Positions 47,722-57,481 of a DNA stretch of 64,000 bases are shown here, piece after piece (positions within the stretch are counted from its first letter, which is position 1; every line of letters begins with the position of its first letter). The notes beneath the pieces are model-generated. The model was not told where the DNA came from. It worked only from the letters and a program-made list of their open reading frames with translations, and made no database searches. The stretch is from a virus. A program made the position numbers and the translations under genes. The DNA is taken from IMG/VR virus record IMGVR_UViG_3300030328_004798, positions 5,543-69,542 of that record, one strand, 5' to 3'.

Positions 47722-47750
47722 GCGCGTTTTTTATTAAACGCGCTTTTTTT
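47722..47750 (+). terminator. Rho-independent terminator
   Basis: GCGCGTTT-loop-AAACGCGC plus T7. Confidence 0.88.
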
Positions 47751-47816
47751 ATAAATGGATTTAATAATAAAAACTTTTTATATATTTATAATAAAATATA
47801 ATTTAACAATAATAAA

Positions 47817-48845
47817 ATGGGTATAGTTTATACAACACCAGATCCAGGAGATTGGTACTCTTGGATAAAAAAGGATAGAAATAAAGATATTCCTTTAAAA
47901 GAAGCAAGAAGAAAATTCTTACAAGAGCAATTAGATTTTCAAGACCAAATGTCTTACCATCAGAACTATGTAAATAGATTAAATGCATTAGCTAGTGATG
48001 GGTCACAAGGTGCTCAACACGGTATAGCTAATTCAATAAAATCAATTCACTTCCAAAATACACCATTAATTGTTGGTCCTAATTCTGGTACTTTCTTAGC
48101 AGTAACGGCTTCATTTGAGGATGCTGTTAGAGTAATAGGTGGAAATGTATTAGTTCAAGCTGCTAGTAACCAAGCTGGTGGTGGTGATCTAACCGACTCA
48201 GAAAGAATTACACCATTTACATTAGCTACATTTGATGGTGTTGGTCAGGGTGGATTAGAGTTATACTTTAGTTCACATGATATCCCAGGTGTTCCAACTT
48301 ATGATACTAATAATGAATATTTAGCTGCTACACTATTAAGTGGTAGTGCTGATTTTGCAAATTCTGACAGTGGTTCAGCTACAGGCCTTACAGATACATC
48401 TAATGCAAATGGATTAATATTATTATCATACTCAGCTTCTTATGGTGGTGGAGCTACTTCAACAGGTGTTAATATATCTGCTTCTGGTTTAAGAAATGGT
48501 GGTAATACCGATTATGTAAATATGATAGTAGCAACAGAACAATCATCATCAGTTGTTTACGCAGCAGGAGATGTATTTAGCTTAGATACTAGTGGACAAG
48601 GAATTGGTGGTACTGGTTTCTTATATTGGACAGTTGGCCCTGAAGATTTAACAGGAGATACACTTTCATTTGGTACTGGTTCATTATCATTACAATTACA
48701 AACTGGCGCAGCAATTGAAAATGCAGATGGTGAAGGTATACCAAGTTTAACTTATAATGAGGCTCAAGCTACTGATGATCCTAACTCAAGCACTGGTGGT
48801 TTAAAAACAATCACTGCTTTAGCGGCTTCAGCGAGTACTTATTAA
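47817..48845 (+). CDS. Gly/Ser/Thr-rich putative virion protein
   Basis: Composition typical of structural/fibre proteins; preceded by ATATTTATAA at 47782. Confidence 0.55.
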   Translation: MGIVYTTPDPGDWYSWIKKDRNKDIPLKEARRKFLQEQLDFQDQMSYHQNYVNRLNALASDGSQGAQHGIANSIKSIHFQNTPLIVGPNSGTFLAVTASFEDAVRVIGGNVLVQAASNQAGGGDLTDSERITPFTLATFDGVGQGGLELYFSSHDIPGVPTYDTNNEYLAATLLSGSADFANSDSGSATGLTDTSNANGLILLSYSASYGGGATSTGVNISASGLRNGGNTDYVNMIVATEQSSSVVYAAGDVFSLDTSGQGIGGTGFLYWTVGPEDLTGDTLSFGTGSLSLQLQTGAAIENADGEGIPSLTYNEAQATDDPNSSTGGLKTITALAASASTY

Positions 48846-48867
48846 TAAGCTATATTAAGATAAATGC

Positions 48868-48906
48868 GAGGAGATTTGGTTACCCGAATCTCCTTTCGTA
48901 TATTTA
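48868..48906 (+). promoter_or_regulatory. Promoter TTTGG-N15-TTCGTATATTTA overlapping a terminator-like hairpin
   Basis: AGGAGATT...AATCTCCT stem followed by TT, spanning the promoter spacer. Confidence 0.75.
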
Positions 48907-48928
48907 CGGGTAAATAAAAATAAAGGTT

Positions 48929-49366
48929 ATGGCACTTTGGGAATTTTCAAGTTTAAATAAGCATGGTAATTACAGAAAAAGAATAATACACACTAAAGGT
49001 GCATTAGGCATACCAGGTAGTGGATTTGGTCCATCTGTATTTGCTCGTAGATTTAAATACAAATACGAACATCCAGTTTTATCACCTGGTTTAACTATGC
49101 TAAATGGTAAAAAATATTTAATGCCATTATGGAAAGAGGTAGACCCAAATACTACTATGGATGATATTGAATGGATTAAACCTAAAATGAAAAGAACAGA
49201 TCCAATAGTAGAAATAAATGTAAGTGGCAGTAACCCAGATATAAAATATAAAACAACATATTACCCAGATACAGAAAATTATTATTGTAACTGCCCAGGT
49301 AGATGGAGAGCATTTAATGGCAAATGTAAACATATAAAATCACTAGAAGAAAAAATAAATAAATAA
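48929..49366 (+). CDS. SWIM zinc-finger protein
   Basis: YYCNCP...CKHI. Confidence 0.8.
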   Translation: MALWEFSSLNKHGNYRKRIIHTKGALGIPGSGFGPSVFARRFKYKYEHPVLSPGLTMLNGKKYLMPLWKEVDPNTTMDDIEWIKPKMKRTDPIVEINVSGSNPDIKYKTTYYPDTENYYCNCPGRWRAFNGKCKHIKSLEEKINK

Positions 49367-49367
49367 T

Positions 49368-50645
49368 ATGACAAAATTAAACCAATTTATAGAAGATATG
49401 CGTGCCACAAGTAGTGGTAAGGAAAAAGTAGAAATAATAAAAAATGCGGGCCCATTTGTCCACAAAATATTAGAATATACTTATAACCCATTTAAACAAT
49501 ATTATGTTACTAGTAAAACATGTAAAAAAAGAAGTGGATTATTTAATCCTAGGTTTAGCTCGGGATATAAAGATGTTTTTCATTTATTAGATGATCTAAC
49601 TAATAGAGTAGTTACAGGACATGATGCTATATCACTTGTAAATGGTTGTGCTAATGCACATGATGATAATGAATTAATATATAAAATTATTGATAAAAAT
49701 TTAGATATTAGAGCAGGAGATAAAGTAATTAATAAAGCAGTACCTGGATTAATACCAACATTTTCAGTAGCATTAGCTCAAGAGTATAAAGGTAAATGTG
49801 ATTGGGAAAACGAAGATTGGTATGCTTCAAGAAAATTAGATGGAGTTAGATGTTTAGCAGTTGTAGACGAAAATGGTAAATGTACACTTTATTCAAGGAT
49901 GGGTAAAGAATTAACTACATTAAATAAAGTAAAAGAAGCTATTGAAGCAACAAATGTTATTAATCAGGTATTTGATGGTGAAATTTGTTTAATGGATGAA
50001 AATGGTAATGAAGATTTTCAAGGTGTGATGAAACAATTAAGACGTAAAGATCACCAAATTGAAAATCCTATATTCATGATATTTGATATGATTCATAAAC
50101 CTGAATTTGATAATCAAAAAGGTACTGAGATATTATCTGAAAGATTAGCTAAATTAAGAGCATGGCAAGGTGGAAGACGTACAGATGCTAAAATATTACG
50201 TTATACAGAACAATTTGTTATTACAGATGGTAGACATTTTGATAAGTGGGGACAAATATCAGCCGATAAAGGTTGGGAAGGATTTATGTTACGTAATGAT
50301 GTTGGTTATGAAGGTAAGCGTAGTAAAAATTTAGTTAAAGTAAAAAAATTCCATGATGCTGAGTATGTTGTTGTTGGTTATGAAAATGATAAACATGAAG
50401 TAGTTAGAGATGGTAGATCAGAAACAATTGAAATGTTAGCCCAAGTATGGATTGAACATAAGGGTTATAATGTTAAAGTTGGTAGTGGTTGGACTCAAGA
50501 GCAAAGATTACAATACATGGATGGATCTATTGTTGGTAAAGTAATCACTGTTCAATATTTTGAGGAAACAAAAAATGATAAGGGTAGGCTTAGTTTACGA
50601 TTTCCAACTGTGAAAGTAGTTCATGGAGATAAAAGAGAAGTATAA
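49368..50645 (+). CDS. ATP-dependent DNA ligase
   Basis: KLDGVR, FDGE, IFD, EGFMLR, KVK, VGSG, SLRFP. Confidence 0.95.
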   Translation: MTKLNQFIEDMRATSSGKEKVEIIKNAGPFVHKILEYTYNPFKQYYVTSKTCKKRSGLFNPRFSSGYKDVFHLLDDLTNRVVTGHDAISLVNGCANAHDDNELIYKIIDKNLDIRAGDKVINKAVPGLIPTFSVALAQEYKGKCDWENEDWYASRKLDGVRCLAVVDENGKCTLYSRMGKELTTLNKVKEAIEATNVINQVFDGEICLMDENGNEDFQGVMKQLRRKDHQIENPIFMIFDMIHKPEFDNQKGTEILSERLAKLRAWQGGRRTDAKILRYTEQFVITDGRHFDKWGQISADKGWEGFMLRNDVGYEGKRSKNLVKVKKFHDAEYVVVGYENDKHEVVRDGRSETIEMLAQVWIEHKGYNVKVGSGWTQEQRLQYMDGSIVGKVITVQYFEETKNDKGRLSLRFPTVKVVHGDKREV

Positions 50646-50646
50646 T

Positions 50647-50796
50647 ATGCCAAGAATTAAATGTATAATATGTGAAGCTCCAATTAAAAATTGGGGTCAT
50701 AATCCAGATCCAATATCTAAAACAGGTAGGTGTTGTGATAATTGTAATAATTTAGTTATAGTAAAAAGAATAAAAGAATTATATTATGGAAAATAG
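50647..50796 (+). CDS. Small Zn-binding protein (49 aa, not in track)
   Basis: CIIC...GHNPDP...RCCDNCN. Confidence 0.65.
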   Translation: MPRIKCIICEAPIKNWGHNPDPISKTGRCCDNCNNLVIVKRIKELYYGK

Positions 50797-51166
50797 AGGT
50801 AGACCAAGTGAACAAGTTGAAAAATTAGATAAATGGATATTAAATACTGAAAATTCTATTTGGAAGTATGATAAATCAAAAAATCCAAACGGTTGCTACT
50901 CAGTAGAACAAAAATTCATTACGGGTGAAAAACAAACAAAACCAGAAATTGATCAAAGGCGTTATGGTAAAACACCTGTTATAATGGTGTTTAAAACATC
51001 TAATCGTTCAAATGCTAGAACAAAAATGAAAGTATTTAATAAAAATATTGATTATATTATAACAGCTAAAAAACTACCTGGTGTACCTGAAAATGCAATT
51101 ATCCTAGAATTAGGAGTTGGTAATTCATTTATTAGTAAATATAAACAAAAATATAATTTAGTATAA
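50786..51166 (+). CDS. Hypothetical protein
   Basis: 126-aa ORF. Confidence 0.75.
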   Translation: MENRGRPSEQVEKLDKWILNTENSIWKYDKSKNPNGCYSVEQKFITGEKQTKPEIDQRRYGKTPVIMVFKTSNRSNARTKMKVFNKNIDYIITAKKLPGVPENAIILELGVGNSFISKYKQKYNLV

Positions 51167-51210
51167 GTTTTATATATTTATAACAAAATATTAATCAAAA
51201 ATAATTTATT

Positions 51211-51507
51211 ATGTTAAATACAATTTTAGTTATTATCGGAGTTATAGCAATATTAGCAGTTGTGTATTATATTATCTGGAAAAGAGGTAAAATCAATGAC
51301 AGAGATGGTGATATGATCCCAGATGAAATTGAAGATGCTGCAGGTAAAGTGAAAAAAGTTGCTAAAGAAGTTAAACGTAGAGGTAAAAACGTAAAAAAAG
51401 AATTAAAAGACGTTGTCAAAGCTGCTAAGGAAGTAGGTAACCAAATGGGAGACGTAAGTGCTGCTGTTAAAGGTAAGAAAAGACAAGGTCGTAGAAAGAA
51501 AAAATAA
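51211..51507 (+). CDS. Single-TM protein with basic coiled tail
   Basis: N-terminal TM, DRDGDMIPD, Lys-rich helix. Confidence 0.75.
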   Translation: MLNTILVIIGVIAILAVVYYIIWKRGKINDRDGDMIPDEIEDAAGKVKKVAKEVKRRGKNVKKELKDVVKAAKEVGNQMGDVSAAVKGKKRQGRRKKK

Positions 51508-51508
51508 T

Positions 51509-52663
51509 ATGAGCAAATATAATCTTACAGATATCCTTAACGAATACGTTGGTGGAAGTCGAATTGGTACTTTAAATATTTCATTTAAAGAATTATCTGA
51601 TAAAATGGAAGACATTGATATGGGTGGTGATTACATCGTTAGACGATCAGGCACTTCAGGTGATGGTAAAGTAAATAGAGAATTTGAAGTAGTAGCTAGA
51701 GAAGATGCAATAGGAGGTGGTAATAAACAAGAAAAAGGATTTACTGTTTATGATTATAAATTTGGTTTTGACCCAGGTGATGAGGACAATTATATGGAAG
51801 AATATGATTTCAGTGTTGGTGGTTCTAATTTAGAATTAGCAATGGAATTATTTGATGGAGTTAAACCTTTTGGAATTCGTTTAGAAGGTGAATTTGATGA
51901 AGCTAGACAAGCAGCAATTGAATCATCTCAAGAAGAAGCTGGTATTAAAGAAGAATATGATGATGATAGGATTATCTCCGCAGCCGAAGCCAATATGATT
52001 AATAGACTAAGATATCAGGTAATGATGCTTGACAAAGGTCATATTGATAAAGATGATTTCATTAATGCCGTAGAAGAGATAGCATTTGGTAGGAATAAAG
52101 GACCAATGAATGAAAATACAGATTCTGTTGCTGCAGCAGCAGGAGCTGGTACAAGTGTTGCTAAACTTAGCAATTATATTGGTGATAAAAAGTTATCTGA
52201 TTTACCAGAAATGGGAACAGCAGATATGAATTTATGGCATGTTGTTAAATTAGTAGATGCTAATATTATTAAAGATAGTGATATATTAAAAGCATTAAAA
52301 GCTTTAGATCCTAATAGAAAATTAGATGAAGTAATGAATATAGACAGAAAAGGTAATAAAAAACCAGAATATAAAAGTAATCTTACTAATATAGATGAAG
52401 CAGTAGCTGAAGAGGAATCAGTAGCTAATTATCTTATGGATTACTATAGAAACCCAAACAAACCAGAGGAAACTATGGTTGATGAAAAAATAGTAGGTGA
52501 GTATTTTAATACACATGAAGATTGGGATATGATTTGGGGTAAATCCTATAAAGATGGATTAAGAGATTTTGAGGAATTCTTTGATGCTAATTATGGTTAT
52601 ATGTTCCCTAGTGCTGGTGATTTGGACGAAGACTTAAGAGAACATTTCAAAAGATTTATGTAA
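51509..52663 (+). CDS. Acidic putative internal head protein
   Basis: Start at MSKYNL; repeated (L/I/M)xE sites; ends LREHFKRFM; followed by terminator. Confidence 0.55.
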   Translation: MSKYNLTDILNEYVGGSRIGTLNISFKELSDKMEDIDMGGDYIVRRSGTSGDGKVNREFEVVAREDAIGGGNKQEKGFTVYDYKFGFDPGDEDNYMEEYDFSVGGSNLELAMELFDGVKPFGIRLEGEFDEARQAAIESSQEEAGIKEEYDDDRIISAAEANMINRLRYQVMMLDKGHIDKDDFINAVEEIAFGRNKGPMNENTDSVAAAAGAGTSVAKLSNYIGDKKLSDLPEMGTADMNLWHVVKLVDANIIKDSDILKALKALDPNRKLDEVMNIDRKGNKKPEYKSNLTNIDEAVAEEESVANYLMDYYRNPNKPEETMVDEKIVGEYFNTHEDWDMIWGKSYKDGLRDFEEFFDANYGYMFPSAGDLDEDLREHFKRFM

Positions 52664-52688
52664 GCAGGTACACATTTTAAAATAAATT

Positions 52689-52712
52689 AGAGCGCATTAG
52701 CGCTCTTTTTTT
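52689..52712 (+). terminator. Rho-independent terminator
   Basis: AGAGCGC-ATTA-GCGCTCT plus T-run. Confidence 0.88.
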
Positions 52713-52748
52713 ATCTGTATATATTTATAGATATAATTCCCCGATTTC

Positions 52749-53093
52749 ATGGATATTAATATAATTGGTTTTAGGTTGCCAACGGCTACACCTGATCCCG
52801 CAAGACATTCTTCTTGTGGTTGGGTAGCGATCTGTGATAAAAAGGAAGTTGGTTGGTGTAATATGTCTTTTTTACCAAATAATGTAATCAAATTTGAAGA
52901 TGCATTCGTTAAACCAGAATACAGGGGTAAGGGAATTTATAAAATGTTATGGGAATTTAGATTTAATTACGTAAGTGAGCACTTCAATAATTATAAATTA
53001 ATGGCTTACTGTAAGCCTTCTACATTAAAACATTATAAAAAACAAGGTTTTATTGAAAAAGAAATCATAACTCTTGTTGAGAAACCCGCGTAA
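52749..53093 (+). CDS. GNAT acetyltransferase
   Basis: FVKPEYRGKGIY, YKKQGF. Confidence 0.88.
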   Translation: MDINIIGFRLPTATPDPARHSSCGWVAICDKKEVGWCNMSFLPNNVIKFEDAFVKPEYRGKGIYKMLWEFRFNYVSEHFNNYKLMAYCKPSTLKHYKKQGFIEKEIITLVEKPA

Positions 53094-53096
53094 AAA

Positions 53097-53128
53097 TTTG
53101 GCTACCTGAGATAAAGTTCGTATATTTA
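53097..53128 (+). promoter_or_regulatory. TTTGG-N15-TTCGTATATTTA promoter
   Basis: Exact motif. Confidence 0.8.
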
Positions 53129-53166
53129 CCACGTTGATAATTAAGTCAACGCATTAAATAAGGGTT

Positions 53167-53340
53167 ATGAGAACAGAATTAATAAAATGGTTGCTAGAGC
53201 AAAAGAAGCAAGGTAAAGAAATGAATGTATTTCAAGGAGTACATGAATTAGGTCTTCAAAAAGATTTACCTAGGAAAGGTCCTCAAGGTGAAATGTTTCA
53301 TGGAGTTGAGATGTGGAAAAAATTAAATAATATAAAATAA
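53167..53340 (+). CDS. Small hypothetical protein (57 aa, not in track)
   Basis: AAGGGTTATG start context; MRTELIKWLL... Confidence 0.65.
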   Translation: MRTELIKWLLEQKKQGKEMNVFQGVHELGLQKDLPRKGPQGEMFHGVEMWKKLNNIK

Positions 53341-53345
53341 AGGTT

Positions 53346-53513
53346 ATGAGTCATCATGGAAATACACAAATATTAGAATATTGGTTTGATATCGGAATGC
53401 AAAAAGGTTTCGACACAGATAAAGCAGTTAAATTTGCTGAGTATATGTTAGAAGCTGAAAGTCATAGTGAACCAGATTTTGATTGGATTAACGAAGTTAA
53501 AAACACAAGATAA
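53346..53513 (+). CDS. Small hypothetical protein (55 aa, not in track)
   Basis: AAAGGTTATG start context; MSHHGNTQILEYW... Confidence 0.65.
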   Translation: MSHHGNTQILEYWFDIGMQKGFDTDKAVKFAEYMLEAESHSEPDFDWINEVKNTR

Positions 53514-53514
53514 T

Positions 53515-53805
53515 ATGGCAGAGTTTAAAAATTTATATTTCAAAGAACACAGTAATTCAAAAAAATGTATATCAGCTAATTTAACTTTAGATAATGGTAA
53601 AATATTATCTGTAGTAGCAGGACCAGGAATGTATAGTAATCCTGGAGGTGCTTCCATAGCTGATTTTAAAGATAATCCTCATCCTAGTCAATTTTCATCT
53701 TTTGAAGTAGCTATTATAGATGAATCACAAGGGATTGATCAAATGGATGTCATTGGATGGCAATCAAGAGAAGATATTAATCAAATAATTAAAAATAATG
53801 GATAA
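53515..53805 (+). CDS. Hypothetical phage protein
   Basis: Start moved to MAEFKNLYF; SVVAGPGMY, FEVAI, VIGWQ. Confidence 0.7.
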   Translation: MAEFKNLYFKEHSNSKKCISANLTLDNGKILSVVAGPGMYSNPGGASIADFKDNPHPSQFSSFEVAIIDESQGIDQMDVIGWQSREDINQIIKNNG

Positions 53806-53929
53806 AGAGTTATTATATAGAAAATTAAATGATATTTTAGACACTCTAGAAAGCGGGCAATTTTCAGCTTCCAAGGCACAGTTAGTTAATTTATTAAATG
53901 AAATAAAATACGGAATTTACGATAAATAA
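53798..53929 (+). CDS. Small hypothetical protein (43 aa, not in track)
   Basis: Tightly packed ORF. Confidence 0.5.
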   Translation: MDKELLYRKLNDILDTLESGQFSASKAQLVNLLNEIKYGIYDK

Positions 53930-53930
53930 T

Positions 53931-54158
53931 ATGAGACCAGAAAAACAAATTTTACACCATTGCTTGGATAAGGCAAAAGAATTTATTAAATTGAACGAGC
54001 CTAATAAGGCAAGAGATTATTGTGATATGGGGATAGCCTATGTTGCGGGTAAAAAATTAAATGGTATGTCTGGAGACGATTTAGTTGAAGATGTTAGAAT
54101 TAATCTTTGGCTGGAACGTTTTTGGATGTTTTTAGAAAATAAAAATTTAATGTTATAA
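53931..54158 (+). CDS. Hypothetical protein
   Basis: 75-aa ORF. Confidence 0.7.
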   Translation: MRPEKQILHHCLDKAKEFIKLNEPNKARDYCDMGIAYVAGKKLNGMSGDDLVEDVRINLWLERFWMFLENKNLML

Positions 54159-54162
54159 TTAA

Positions 54163-54696
54163 ATGATTGATAAGTTTTATTATAAAATAGGTCCTATAGA
54201 GACAACAACACTCTGGATGTCACCTGTTCCAATTAGTAAAGTAAATAGTTGGTGGGAAGATTTTAAACAATTAGACTTAGAGGATTATAATGTGTATTTA
54301 GGAGGTAAATATGTAATAGATCCTAAAAATACAACTGATATAGATATTTGTCTTACAGGGCCAATATATGATTATATGAAACTTTATAATTTACTTAAAA
54401 CAGGAATGGATTTAGGTTTAAATAAACATAATATACTTATCGATATCAAACATTATGATAATATAAATTTCTTCAAATATCCTAGAAATAAAGATTTTCA
54501 TAGATATCATATTGCTACAGAATTAGCAGGGGAAATAGTTAAAAAAATTAATGGTAAATTAAAAACAAAAAGGGAAATAAAAACATATATTCCATATTCT
54601 AAAGTTCCAAAACAATTAGCGGTAAATTTAGTAGAATTTCCATTAGATAAACAAATAGAAGATGGTAGAATATATGATCCAATTAAATTAAATTAA
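54163..54696 (+). CDS. Possible Pol-beta-superfamily nucleotidyltransferase
   Basis: VYLGG...TTDIDICL resembles the hG[GS]x(9-13)DhD motif. Confidence 0.45.
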   Translation: MIDKFYYKIGPIETTTLWMSPVPISKVNSWWEDFKQLDLEDYNVYLGGKYVIDPKNTTDIDICLTGPIYDYMKLYNLLKTGMDLGLNKHNILIDIKHYDNINFFKYPRNKDFHRYHIATELAGEIVKKINGKLKTKREIKTYIPYSKVPKQLAVNLVEFPLDKQIEDGRIYDPIKLN

Positions 54697-54700
54697 TAAA

Positions 54701-54865
54701 ATGGTAGAAGTTATAAAACATACTTTAGGTCTTTGCGGTGAACATTGGCATCCAAATATTTGGACAGCAGCTGCATCATCACCTTTAATAATAGGAACTG
54801 TTCATTACATAAAATGTAAATGTGGAGGATGGTTTAAACACACTAAAAATTGTAAACATGAGTAA
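54701..54865 (+). CDS. Small His/Cys-rich protein (54 aa, not in track)
   Basis: HTLGLCGEHWHPN...CKCGGW. Confidence 0.6.
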   Translation: MVEVIKHTLGLCGEHWHPNIWTAAASSPLIIGTVHYIKCKCGGWFKHTKNCKHE

Positions 54866-55070
54866 AATAATAGAAATTAAGAAAAATAAAACGAATTACG
54901 TTCAGATTGAATTACGTGAATATGAAGGTCATCCTTATGTTGATGTAAGAGAATTTTATGATGCGGAAGATGGTAAACGATTACCTACTAAAAAAGGTAT
55001 TACATTTACACCTAAAGTATTAAATGAAGTAATCGATGGTTTAGTTCAATTACAAAATAATTTAAAATAA
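54858..55070 (+). CDS. PC4/YdbC-like single-stranded DNA-binding protein
   Basis: EYEGHPYVDVREFY...LPTKKGIT. Confidence 0.85.
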   Translation: MSKIIEIKKNKTNYVQIELREYEGHPYVDVREFYDAEDGKRLPTKKGITFTPKVLNEVIDGLVQLQNNLK

Positions 55071-55204
55071 TGGATTTTAAAATAATAGGATTAGCACACG
55101 GACCTCTTATTGGGTTCCAGTATATGGATAAAATGGAAGAAGAAGATTGGAATGAATTTAATATTTATTTATTTCTTATTTGTTTAAGTTGGAGATGGTA
55201 TTAA
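55070..55204 (+). CDS. Small hypothetical protein (44 aa, not in track)
   Basis: TAATG coupling with upstream gene. Confidence 0.5.
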   Translation: MDFKIIGLAHGPLIGFQYMDKMEEEDWNEFNIYLFLICLSWRWY

Positions 55205-55205
55205 T

Positions 55206-55559
55206 ATGAAATTTGATTCTTTATTTTTAGGTGTATTTTGGTTTATTTTAGGTCATGCTTGTGTTTTTTTTCAACTTAATGGTCAATTTAAATGGGAATG
55301 GTTTGCTAAAAATGATATTATTCTAGCACTATTTGGGGTAGTAATATCATTATTTTATATTTGGGGTACTAGACATACAGTAGCTGGTTTTGAAGGATTA
55401 TTATGGCCCGCGAGATTTATAGGATTTAGTGTTGGTATATCTATTTATGCTTTAGGAGTTAGTTATTTATTTAAACAAGGAATTACAGCTAAAACATTAG
55501 TTAGTTTATGTTTGGCTTTTATATTAGTTTGTATACAAGTATTATGGAAAACAAAATAG
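55206..55559 (+). CDS. Four-TM membrane protein
   Basis: 117 aa with four hydrophobic segments. Confidence 0.75.
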   Translation: MKFDSLFLGVFWFILGHACVFFQLNGQFKWEWFAKNDIILALFGVVISLFYIWGTRHTVAGFEGLLWPARFIGFSVGISIYALGVSYLFKQGITAKTLVSLCLAFILVCIQVLWKTK

Positions 55560-56230
55560 AAATGGATTTTGAAAAATTTGATTGGGGTATAATGGGTAAA
55601 AAGATGCAATTAATTGTATCACAAGAAATGTCTGAAAAACATTATGAGAGAGTATTTCAAGTAAAAGAAGGAGATATAGTAGTAGACATAGGAGCAAGTG
55701 TTGGTCCATTTACATATTCTATTTTATGTAAAAATCCTAAACATGTTTTTTGTTTAGAGCCTTCAAGAGGTAATTTTCCATATTTAGTTAAAAATACTAT
55801 TGGTTATCCTGTAACTCAAATTAACAAAGCTATAACTAATGGTAATGGAATAACAGATCTAGAATTAGATCCCCAGTATGGTAATGAAAAGAATTTCTAT
55901 GAAACTACTACATTTAATAGTTTTATTAAACTGTTTAATATTGATAGAATAGATTTTTTAAAGATGGATATTGAAGGAGATGAATATCATATATTCACAG
56001 ATGAAAATATTGACTATTTATTAAATAATGTAGGTTGTATAGTAGGTGAATGGCATCTTAAATTACCAAAAGAAAAAACATTATTTAAAGAATTTAGAGA
56101 TTTATATTTATCTAGATTTAATACCGTTAAAGCATATTCAGTTGATGGTATTGATATTACTTGGGATTTATATAATGAACATTTTTTAGAATATTATAAT
56201 GAAGTAATAATACATATAAGTAATAAATAA
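55543..56230 (+). CDS. FkbM-family SAM-dependent methyltransferase
   Basis: VVDIGASVG, CLEP, IDFLKMDIEGDE, GEWH; start uncertain. Confidence 0.85.
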
Positions 56231-56236
56231 AATTTT

Positions 56237-56368
56237 ATGACAGAAGAAGATATTAAATATAGACAAGGAAGAAGAAAACAGCAAGTAGAAGGACATGCAA
56301 TTATGGCTTTAGTCAGCATAGCAGGTATAATTATTCTACTAGGATTGTTAAGTTTTTTTACATCATAA
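56237..56368 (+). CDS. Small membrane protein (43 aa, not in track)
   Basis: YRQGR followed by one TM. Confidence 0.55.
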   Translation: MTEEDIKYRQGRRKQQVEGHAIMALVSIAGIIILLGLLSFFTS

Positions 56369-56405
56369 TATGAATAGATTAAAACAATATTTGTATAATA
56401 AAGCA

Positions 56406-56549
56406 ATGCAATCATCAATTCGTAAATGGGCTTTATCATTAACAGGATGGAAATGGTGGGTTTGGCAATTAGTAGTTGGTGGTATATTCTTTATTATAGT
56501 GGAATACTTACTTAATCAGATTGGAATGACAATAATACCTTGGAAATAA
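56406..56549 (+). CDS. Small Trp-rich membrane protein (47 aa, not in track)
   Basis: GWKWWVWQLVVGG...PWK. Confidence 0.55.
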   Translation: MQSSIRKWALSLTGWKWWVWQLVVGGIFFIIVEYLLNQIGMTIIPWK

Positions 56550-56550
56550 A

Positions 56551-56829
56551 ATGAAAAAATTAAAAGCAAAATGGATGCCTATATTAAGAGCAATGGTTAG
56601 AGATAGAAAATTAAACCCTATTGAACGTTTAGGTACTAGAATAGGTTATATGGGAGCAGGATTTTTAATGGCAGGACAATGGACAGTTGAACCTATCCTA
56701 TTTATAATCGGGTTTATTTGTGTATTAATTCAGGTTTCAATTCGTAGACAATGGAATCTAGTAGTACTACAATTAAATGGGTTAGTAGCATGGACAATAC
56801 ATTTTATAAACTCATTAAACACATATTAA
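56551..56829 (+). CDS. Small membrane protein
   Basis: Three hydrophobic segments. Confidence 0.7.
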   Translation: MKKLKAKWMPILRAMVRDRKLNPIERLGTRIGYMGAGFLMAGQWTVEPILFIIGFICVLIQVSIRRQWNLVVLQLNGLVAWTIHFINSLNTY

Positions 56830-56830
56830 T

Positions 56831-57028
56831 ATGAATCACTTTATGAATAACGCCCTTGAATGGTTAAAGGGTAAAAAACAAAAAACAATGACCAAAGATG
56901 AAAAATTAGAAAAAATAGCATCAATATCAAACATGATATTAGAATTAAAAACTAGTATTGGTGTTGAAAATTCTAAGCAAACAATTCAAAAATTACAACA
57001 GGAAATAGACGAATTAAGTAAGTCATGA
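56831..57028 (+). CDS. Hypothetical coiled-coil protein
   Basis: 65-aa ORF. Confidence 0.6.
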   Translation: MNHFMNNALEWLKGKKQKTMTKDEKLEKIASISNMILELKTSIGVENSKQTIQKLQQEIDELSKS

Positions 57029-57234
57029 ATGTAAGTAAGGTAATATTTAATGAAGGAATAAACTTTGAAATACTAAGTGAAATTAAAGCCACTCAATTTT
57101 TAAATAGCAATGGAACAGTTAATAGAAGAGTATTAGGTTTATATGTACATGAATGTGGTGGAAATAAAGTCTTACAAAGAGATAATAATTTTTTGATATG
57201 CAAAGAAATAGAAGACGCAATTATAATAGAATAA
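57025..57234 (+). CDS. Hypothetical protein
   Basis: 69-aa ORF. Confidence 0.65.
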   Translation: MNVSKVIFNEGINFEILSEIKATQFLNSNGTVNRRVLGLYVHECGGNKVLQRDNNFLICKEIEDAIIIE

Positions 57235-57286
57235 CAAAACAAAGCTCTCGACAACATAATCTAATAATTTAATACGTATATACAAA

Positions 57287-57481
57287 ATGAGTGTAACAAC
57301 AGAAGCAATAGTGGTATTAGGGGTATTCGCCTTATTTTGGGGGTGGATAATTTATGAAATGCATATAGCACCAGAGGTAGACGATAAGGGAAATGTAGTT
57401 AAACCTAAATCAGAATTTGATATAACGGAGGAAGACATTAATGGAGACTTAAAATGCATGTATGGCCAAGAAGAAGATTAA
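57287..57481 (+). CDS. Single-TM hypothetical protein
   Basis: 64-aa ORF. Confidence 0.6.
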   Translation: MSVTTEAIVVLGVFALFWGWIIYEMHIAPEVDDKGNVVKPKSEFDITEEDINGDLKCMYGQEED

